Positions 39,565-46,291 of a stretch of 46,291 nt of DNA are shown here, piece after piece. Source of the DNA: an uncultured Campylobacter sp. Lineage in GTDB: Bacteria > Campylobacterota > Campylobacteria > Campylobacterales > Campylobacteraceae. The stretch is from contig NZ_CALKTS010000149.1 in assembly GCF_937997595.1 (NCBI RefSeq), positions 1-46,291 on the forward strand, read 5' to 3'. Made by a program: the position numbers and the translations under genes. Every line of letters begins with the position of its first letter. Position 1 is the stretch's first letter. The notes under the pieces are model-generated. The model searched no databases and was not told where the DNA came from. It saw only the letters and a list, made by a program, of their open reading frames with translations.

Positions 39565-40887
39565 TTACGGCTTTAAAACGCTGATTGTTTTAAAATTTAC
39601 GTAGTTTACGAAAGCACCTTCGTTGATTTTGACATTTTGACGTTTGGTGTAATCGACGAGATATTTTCCGCTGCCGCTTGCACTGAAGCTAACGCAAATT
39701 TTAGCAGCAAATTCGATCACCTCTTCGCTTAGACTTTGTTTATTTGTCTTTACGATGACGTGTGCGCTTGGAATGTCCTTAAGATGAAACCAATAGTCGG
39801 ATTTGGAGCTATTTTTTAGTAAGAACTCATTGCCTTTTTCGTTTTTACCGACGCTGATTTTAAAATCCTCGAGATAAAAGCTCGCTACATATTCGCTATT
39901 TTTTTCCTTGCTTTTTTGCCTAGTTTGCGTGCGCTTAGGCATTAGAATTTCGATCTCGTGTGCATCCTGTGCGGCAAGAATGAGCGATTTTAAATTCTCA
40001 TAAAACGCGAGTTTCTCCTTTAAATTTTGCTCTTCGATATGGATATTAGCAGCCTTTTGGCGCAGACGCTTTGCCTCGGAGTAAAGCTCGCCCAAAGCGG
40101 CGCTTGCAGGCTTTTGCAGTTTAAATTCTACCGCTTCGGTGTCTCCTTTTTGCAGCGTAAATTCTCGCGCGCTAGTTGGAATTTTATAGATATTTTCTTT
40201 TAGCAAGGCAGCTTTCGCACCTAAAAGCTCGGCGCTTCGCAGTAGTTCGGCGCTGCTTTGCAAAGAGCCTAAAGCCTCACGCACCGAGTCTAGCTTTTTA
40301 TTTAGCGCCGTGATTTTTGCGGATTTGAGCGAGTTTAAGCGATCCGCATTTAGCGCGTTAAATTCCGCGCGAAAAAATGCCCTAAAGTCCGAAATTCTTG
40401 GCACGGGGGCTTCTTTAATATTTGCAGGCGGCAGATGACGGAGTTTTCTTCCTACCTTGATCTGTCTAAATTCCGTCTCGAAGTGGCGTAGCGCCTCTAA
40501 AATCACATCGTTTTCATCGGTGATTATTACGTTGGTAAATCGCCCGGTAAATTCGAAGTAGATATTTGAGCTTTGGGTTTTGTAGCTTGCGTTTTGGCTT
40601 ACGCTAAGGCATAAAATTCTATTATTTTCTGGCACGCTAACGGAGGTGATGCGCGATTTTACAAAGCGCTTGGCAAGTAGCACATCAAAGGGCGCCGCGT
40701 AAACCTTACCTTCGGTAAAAGCGTCATTTTCGTGGATATTGCAGCCTGATTTATTCATATCAAAAAACAGCGTCTCGTTGCCGTCAAAGCAGACTTTAAA
40801 AAGGTTATCTCCTACGCGCTTAATGTGCGAAAGGAAGCGTTTGGCGCGTAGATACTCGCAAATTTGAATTAAATTTTGATACTTCAT
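39565..40887 (-). CDS. NFACT-family protein (RqcH/FbpA-like)
   Basis: NRIL, EFTGRFTN, and C-terminal NFACT-R VGKNEKGNE..WFH..PSAHV..VDYT. Confidence 0.85.
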   Translation of the reverse strand: MKYQNLIQICEYLRAKRFLSHIKRVGDNLFKVCFDGNETLFFDMNKSGCNIHENDAFTEGKVYAAPFDVLLAKRFVKSRITSVSVPENNRILCLSVSQNASYKTQSSNIYFEFTGRFTNVIITDENDVILEALRHFETEFRQIKVGRKLRHLPPANIKEAPVPRISDFRAFFRAEFNALNADRLNSLKSAKITALNKKLDSVREALGSLQSSAELLRSAELLGAKAALLKENIYKIPTSAREFTLQKGDTEAVEFKLQKPASAALGELYSEAKRLRQKAANIHIEEQNLKEKLAFYENLKSLILAAQDAHEIEILMPKRTQTRQKSKEKNSEYVASFYLEDFKISVGKNEKGNEFLLKNSSKSDYWFHLKDIPSAHVIVKTNKQSLSEEVIEFAAKICVSFSASGSGKYLVDYTKRQNVKINEGAFVNYVNFKTISVLKP

Positions 40888-40892
40888 ACGCG

Positions 40893-41417
40893 TTAAAATT
40901 TCTCTTTGTGGATTTTGCTCAAATTTAGCTTTTGCAGATCGTGCGAGCTCGGGTGCTGTTGCAGCACGCCGAGGGCCAGTATCGCTTCTGCTTTAAAATT
41001 TAGCGGAAAGCCCAGCGCCTCGCGCAAAAACTCCTCGCAGCTGCGTCCGTCCGCAGCGGCGCGCAATCTTACCTGCACCCAGCAGCTACCGAGATTTAGC
41101 GCACTTGCGGCAAGGTGCATGTAGCCTAGCGCTACCGAGCAGTCCTCGATCCAGACGTCCTGCTTCTGCGTATCTGCGATCACGACGATCGCGGCCGCGG
41201 CCTGTTTTAGCATATTCGCTCCGCTGCTGCGACATCCGCTTAGTCGCTCAAGCATCTGTTTGTCGCACACAAGGATGAACTCCCACGGGCGGCGTGCATG
41301 CCCCGACGGCGCAAGCAGGCCCGCTTTTAAAATTTTATCCAGTGCCTCGTCCTCAAGCGGCCCCTGCGCGTATTTTCTTACGCTTCTGCGGTTTGCAAAA
41401 ATATCTAAAATTTCCAT
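40893..41417 (-). CDS. Nitroreductase family protein
   Basis: NRRSVRKY, APSGHARRPWEF, WIEDCS, LNLGSCWV. Confidence 0.9.
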   Translation of the reverse strand: MEILDIFANRRSVRKYAQGPLEDEALDKILKAGLLAPSGHARRPWEFILVCDKQMLERLSGCRSSGANMLKQAAAAIVVIADTQKQDVWIEDCSVALGYMHLAASALNLGSCWVQVRLRAAADGRSCEEFLREALGFPLNFKAEAILALGVLQQHPSSHDLQKLNLSKIHKEKF

Positions 41418-41514
41418 CGTCTCGCTCCTTGCGGCTCAATTATACATAAAATTGCAAAAATTTATGATTTTTTAGCTAAAATCGCGCAAATTTAACCGAT
41501 ACGAAGGAGATTTT

Positions 41515-42780
41515 ATGAAGCAAACGATCACGGAGAAAATTTTTAGCGAGCACGTGGGCGAGGCGGTTTTCGCGGGACAGATCATCGAAAGCGCCATCGA
41601 TATGGTCATCGGCAACGACATCACGACGCCAATTTCGATCAAGCAGTTTGAGCTTAGCGGCGCAAAAAAGCTCGCCAATCCGGACGGCTTTGCGATCGTG
41701 ATGGATCACTATATCCCTACGAAGGATATTTTAAGCGCAAACCAAGCTAAAATTTCACGCGAGTTTGCTTACAAGCACGATTTGAAAAATTATTTCGACG
41801 AAAAAGATATGGGTATCGAACACGCTCTGATGCCTGAAAAAGGGCTCGTAGTGCCCGGCGACGTCATCATCGGCGCGGACAGCCACACCTGTACCCACGG
41901 CGCGCTTGGGGCATTTGCGACGGGTATGGGCAGCACCGATCTTGCTTTTGCGATGATAACGGGTAGGAATTGGTTTAAAGTACCTCCTACGATCAAAGTG
42001 ATCTTTCGCGGCAAGCCCGCGCCGCACATCTACGGCAAGGATCTGATCCTAGAAGTTATCCGCCTCATCGGCGTGGACGGCGCGCGCTACAAGGCTTTGG
42101 AGTTCTGCGGCGACGCGCTGGAGTATCTGGATATGGATAGCAGATTTTCGCTTTGCAATATGGCGATCGAAGCGGGCGGCAAGAGCGGTATCGTCGCAGT
42201 CGATGAGATCACGAAGGAATTTTTGGCGGATAAAAGCTTGCGCGCCGAGCCGAAATTTCACTACTCCGACGAGGGCGCGAATTATGAGCAAATTTTGCAG
42301 ATCGATGTGAGTAAGCTTGATCCGGTGATTGCCTATCCGTTTCTGCCTAGCAATGGCAAGAGCGTGCGCGAGGCAGTGCGCGACGATATCGCCGTCGATC
42401 AGGTCTTTATCGGCAGCTGCACCAACGGCAGGCTCTCTGATCTGCGGATCGCCGCGCAAATTTTAAAAGGTCGCAAGGTTGCGCGCAAAACCCGCCTCAT
42501 CATCACGCCTGCGACGCAAAAGATCGCTCTGGCCGCGCAAAAAGAGGGGCTGTGGGATATTTTCGTAGAAGCGGGCGCAGTCGTCAGCAACCCGACCTGC
42601 GGCGCGTGCTTGGGCGGATATATGGGGATTTTGGGCGTGGGCGAGCGCTGCGTAAGCACGACTAATCGAAATTTCGTCGGCCGCATGGGCGATAGAACAA
42701 GCGAAGTATATCTAGCAAACTCCGCCGTCGCCGCAGCTAGCGCCGTCGCAGGAAAGATCGCCGATCCGAGGGATTTGTAG
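41515..42780 (+). CDS. leuC: 3-isopropylmalate dehydratase large subunit (short LeuC/HacA-type)
   Basis: QTITEKI, GADSHTCTHGA, FIGSCTNGR, PTCGACLG, STTNRNFVGRMG. Confidence 0.92.
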   Translation: MKQTITEKIFSEHVGEAVFAGQIIESAIDMVIGNDITTPISIKQFELSGAKKLANPDGFAIVMDHYIPTKDILSANQAKISREFAYKHDLKNYFDEKDMGIEHALMPEKGLVVPGDVIIGADSHTCTHGALGAFATGMGSTDLAFAMITGRNWFKVPPTIKVIFRGKPAPHIYGKDLILEVIRLIGVDGARYKALEFCGDALEYLDMDSRFSLCNMAIEAGGKSGIVAVDEITKEFLADKSLRAEPKFHYSDEGANYEQILQIDVSKLDPVIAYPFLPSNGKSVREAVRDDIAVDQVFIGSCTNGRLSDLRIAAQILKGRKVARKTRLIITPATQKIALAAQKEGLWDIFVEAGAVVSNPTCGACLGGYMGILGVGERCVSTTNRNFVGRMGDRTSEVYLANSAVAAASAVAGKIADPRDL

Positions 42781-42990
42781 GTTTAAGATTTGAATTTTAA
42801 CAATAATTTGGTTTTCTATGTGTGATCTTAATGGGTTTATGGGTTTACATGAACGTGGCTAAATACCAATCGCTATAAACGCTGCAAAAAGTTATATGTA
42901 TAGCGGAGGTGCGGTAGTCCGGTAAAATAAAAGCAGACTGCAACCAAACGCAAAACGCGCTTCAAAACCAGAAATTAGATCGCCTTATAA

Positions 42991-43314
42991 TTACCCAAAA
43001 TACACAGATTTTGTTTGCGAGTAACGAAATTTGAGCTTGCTCACCATAAAAGCCGCGATCGTTGTGCCTATAAATACGCGATCGGTATCAGCCCTTGAAA
43101 CGAGTTGGTTGCCGTTGAGATTCGTAAACTCGCAGTATGAGTAGCCGCTAATAGCCATACTCAAAAGAAAAGCTCCAAAAGCTCACCGCCCCATCGCACC
43201 CATAACCGCCCGGCTGCCGCTGAAAATGCTGAAAGATATAGTCACAATAATAGCAAGATAATCATCCCCCACCTGACGTTTTAGGAATTTAAGTCCAAAA
43301 AAATATCTGTGCAT
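42991..43314 (-). pseudogene. Degraded membrane-protein gene
   Basis: ATG 43314 with GGA RBS reads MHRYFFGLKFLK...MGR*AFGAFLLSMAISGY...VYFG*, with an internal TGA at 43185-43183. Hydrophobic coding-like sequence with further stops continues toward ~42800. Confidence 0.5.
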
Positions 43315-43401
43315 TTATCCCAAAAATATGACTGTCAAATTTAAAATTGAAAGGTGAAATTATAGTTAATTATTAATCAAATGCTATTAAATATACCGGC
43401 T

Positions 43402-44991
43402 TTAATTGACAATATTCTTTTCCGAAACCCAAAACCTGTAATTATCTATTTCACTTTCGTTCCTATCCTTGGATGCGACCTCAAGCCAATATTTACCGTC
43501 TGATTTCAATTTTACTAGAATATTTTTAAATTTTATCGCCAGACCCGACTTATCGTCTAATATACAAGTGTATTTTATAAACTCTATATCTTCGCTTGCT
43601 TTACTTTGGCATTTGATATTTAAATTTAGAATATACTCTGGAATATTGTCTTTTCGAATGTCGAGATCGATTTGGTAGTTTGCTAAACCTACAGCCCTCA
43701 CAAAAAATCCACTAGCAGATGACAAAAGTACGAAAACAACAAAGGATAATACAAACAGTATATACCGATATGAGAATTTTTTACTAATTTGAAGAAATCT
43801 TATCATAAAAGAAAGAAGCACCATAGGAATTACTACAAGGATGTAGTCATCTGTATAGTTAAAATAAATAACTAATAATATCAGCAAATCAGAGATAAAT
43901 ATTAAAAGGGCGGCTAGAAGAATATCGCTCAGTTCATCTTTATTATCCCTCCAAAATTTATAGGAAAATGATAACAAAAATATTGCATGTAAAGTCAAAC
44001 ATATCTTAAGCAAACAACCTGCATCTCTAATGTGCTCATACGAAGAAGATGATAAATTTAATTTATCATGAATAACCGGTATAAAAGTCATTAGCAATAT
44101 CATACTGAAATCTATTCCCATAAAACATAGCTTAACCTTATTTTTACTTTCGTACCAACCTCTAAATAAAAAGTAATTTTGTAAAAATACAAGAATATAT
44201 AAATATAAAGTTAAAGATATACCGATAGCAAAAACTGCAACTAAAGATATAGGTATGCTTCCTGCAGAAATTTCCGGTACTCTTTTTAACTCTAAAAAAT
44301 ATGGTATACAAAGAAGCGCTCCAAAAACTACAAAATTTAATACAGAAAATATTTTATATTTTATACTTTTTGCTATGATTTCTTTCGCGTCACTTAACAT
44401 AGAATTTGAAAGATGGCTTATATATGTTTTTTTATCTTTGATAAATTTATCCGGTAAATTATTATAAATTCTATATATTTCACCCTCGTTTTTAAGAAAT
44501 TTTATATAAAGTTTCTTTTTGTCCTCAATATCTATACTTTTTATTGATTTTTTAACAATTTCTTTTTGTATTTTTAATATTCTAATAGATTTAATATATT
44601 TTATGATAATGCCTCTAAACATAATTTTATTTGTATAATAAATATCTTTTTGTTCTAAAATCAGTAAATGTTGTTCTATTTCATCAATAAGATCGCGAGC
44701 TGTATTAGATAAAATTTTAAAATCTTTTCGTTTTGTAAATTTTTGTAGAAAATTGATGGTTTCATTAGTTCTATTCATACACTTGACATATCTCGACTCA
44801 AATACGTCTATTAAATATTCTTCCTCGCTAGAAAAATTTGAATTTTTTAATTTGTCAAGAGTTCTACTAATTTTCCAAATACATGACTTATTATTATAGA
44901 CATTAGCTAGCGCCTCATGTATATTTTCTATTTCAGTCTCTACTTGCTCTAAATCCTTATAGGTAAAATTCCTCTCAAACATAAAAATCAT
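43402..44991 (-). CDS. AT-rich polytopic membrane protein of unknown function
   Basis: 529 aa intact ORF: ~200 aa soluble helical N-terminus, about eight TMs, C-terminal soluble domain; strongly AT-rich compared with its neighbours; AAGGA RBS. Confidence 0.75.
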   Translation of the reverse strand: MIFMFERNFTYKDLEQVETEIENIHEALANVYNNKSCIWKISRTLDKLKNSNFSSEEEYLIDVFESRYVKCMNRTNETINFLQKFTKRKDFKILSNTARDLIDEIEQHLLILEQKDIYYTNKIMFRGIIIKYIKSIRILKIQKEIVKKSIKSIDIEDKKKLYIKFLKNEGEIYRIYNNLPDKFIKDKKTYISHLSNSMLSDAKEIIAKSIKYKIFSVLNFVVFGALLCIPYFLELKRVPEISAGSIPISLVAVFAIGISLTLYLYILVFLQNYFLFRGWYESKNKVKLCFMGIDFSMILLMTFIPVIHDKLNLSSSSYEHIRDAGCLLKICLTLHAIFLLSFSYKFWRDNKDELSDILLAALLIFISDLLILLVIYFNYTDDYILVVIPMVLLSFMIRFLQISKKFSYRYILFVLSFVVFVLLSSASGFFVRAVGLANYQIDLDIRKDNIPEYILNLNIKCQSKASEDIEFIKYTCILDDKSGLAIKFKNILVKLKSDGKYWLEVASKDRNESEIDNYRFWVSEKNIVN

Positions 44992-45038
44992 TCCTTATTT
45001 AAATTTTTAAAACTACAATACCTACCGATTTTAAATTT

Positions 45039-46291
45039 CTACGCCTCCAAAATCGCTCCGTTGCTAGCATTGGTCACCAGCTTGCGATACATTCGCAGCC
45101 AGCGATACGGCAGCGGTTTTTCAATCGGCTTAAATTTAGCCCTGCGCTCAGCGATCTCCTCCTCGCTTAGGCGCACGTTTATCGCGTACGTATCCACGTC
45201 GATATCGATGACGTCGCCGTCTTGTAGCAATCCGATCATGCCGCCCTCAGCAGCTTCGGGACTCACGTGTCCGACGCTTAACCCCCTCGTCGCTCCGCTA
45301 AATCTACCGTCCGTGATCAGCGCCACGTCCGCGCCCAATCCTCGCCCCATGATTAGGCTCGTAGGGCTTAGCATCTCCTGCATACCCGGGCCTCCGCGCG
45401 GCCCTTCGTAGCGGATGACGACCACATCGCCTTTGTTTACCTTGCCGCTTGAGATGCCCTCTATCGCTTCGTCTTGGCTGTTAAAGCAGACCGCCTTGCC
45501 GCTAAATTTGCGCTCGCCGATGATGCCCGCGGTCTTGATGACGCAGCCCTGCTCGGCTAAATTTCCAAACAAAACCGCCAGTCCGCCGACCTGCGAGTAG
45601 GCGTTTTCGACCTTGCGGATGACAGATTCGTCTTTTATGACACTAGCTCCGACGCGCTCGCCCAGGCTTTCGCCGCTTATCGTTAGCGCGTCTAGGCCCA
45701 GTAGTCCGTTATCGCGGCGCGAAATTTCATTTATCACGGCGCTTAGACCGCCCGCGCGGTCGATGTCCTCCATATGCACGTTTGGCAGGCTAGGGCTGAT
45801 TTTGGCGATGTGAGCGATCTTGCGGCTGATGTCGTTTAGGCTTGCGATCTGCAAATTTACTCCCGCTTCGCGCGCGATAGCCAGGATATGCAGCACGGTG
45901 TTGCTGCTGCCGCCCATCGCCATATCTACGACTAGGGCGTTTTGGATCGATTTTTCGTTCACGATATTTCGGATTTTGTATTTTTCATCGAGCACTATCT
46001 CGCAGATGCGGCGTCCCGCCTCGCGGATAAGCTCCTCACGCTCAGGCGTAAGCGCAGGCACCGTGCCGTTGCCTTTTAGCGCGATACCCATCGCTTCACA
46101 CAGCGTATTCATCGAGTTTGCCGTAAACATCCCCGAGCAGCTGCCTCCGCTCGGACAGGCGGCGCACTCGATCTCTTTTAGCTCCTCGGCGCTGATCTCT
46201 TTGGTTTCAAATTTACCCACCGCCTCAAACGCCGTAGATAGGTCAATCGGCTCGCCTTTTTTAGTGTAGCCCTTTTTCATCGGGCCGCCGC
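45039..46291 (-). CDS. ilvD: Dihydroxy-acid dehydratase; N-terminus lies outside the window
   Basis: [55 protein letters not shown]. Confidence 0.97.
   Translation of the reverse strand, partial: GGPMKKGYTKKGEPIDLSTAFEAVGKFETKEISAEELKEIECAACPSGGSCSGMFTANSMNTLCEAMGIALKGNGTVPALTPEREELIREAGRRICEIVLDEKYKIRNIVNEKSIQNALVVDMAMGGSSNTVLHILAIAREAGVNLQIASLNDISRKIAHIAKISPSLPNVHMEDIDRAGGLSAVINEISRRDNGLLGLDALTISGESLGERVGASVIKDESVIRKVENAYSQVGGLAVLFGNLAEQGCVIKTAGIIGERKFSGKAVCFNSQDEAIEGISSGKVNKGDVVVIRYEGPRGGPGMQEMLSPTSLIMGRGLGADVALITDGRFSGATRGLSVGHVSPEAAEGGMIGLLQDGDVIDIDVDTYAINVRLSEEEIAERRAKFKPIEKPLPYRWLRMYRKLVTNASNGAILEA

Noticed and set aside
43183..43185. Selenocysteine readthrough at the in-frame TGA
   Set aside because: Context is a hydrophobic segment with no redox motif, no evident SECIS hairpin follows, and further TAA/TAG stops downstream indicate decay.

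Overview
Chromosomal window from a Campylobacter. The GC-rich coding sequence, long AAATTT-rich spacers and lack of rpoN after lptB suggest a C. gracilis-like species, but the species call is inference. The core backbone runs: htpG (partial), a Sel1-like cysteine-repeat membrane protein, murG, ftsW, ftsK, a nine-gene cts (type II secretion/type IV pilus-like) natural-transformation cluster, era-hslU-hslV-rplI, argG, S4 protein-tsaE-lptB, tRNA-Val(GAC), a DUF3137-like gene, dxr-cdsA, an NFACT protein, a nitroreductase, leuC, an AT-rich membrane gene and ilvD (partial). The main accessory feature is a ~9.6 kb island (about 26400-36096) at the 3' end of tRNA-Val. It combines a P4-type tyrosine integrase, an AlpA/Xis-like HTH, a satellite-like replication module (YfjI/DUF3987-like NTPase, GTGGCA iterons, AEP-like primase, ssi-like hairpins) and a MOBP-like mobilisation module (oriT, MobC-like protein, relaxase). 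It has no T4SS or phage structural genes. Its distal att site is not visible, and an internally deleted IS1595 sits at that boundary. Other signals: dense RAATTY arrays in spacers and linker-coding DNA, a gene bracketed by ~110 bp direct repeats, a probable ATA start for ftsK, and combined CIRCE/HAIR operators at htpG. All family calls come from motif recognition, not database searches.
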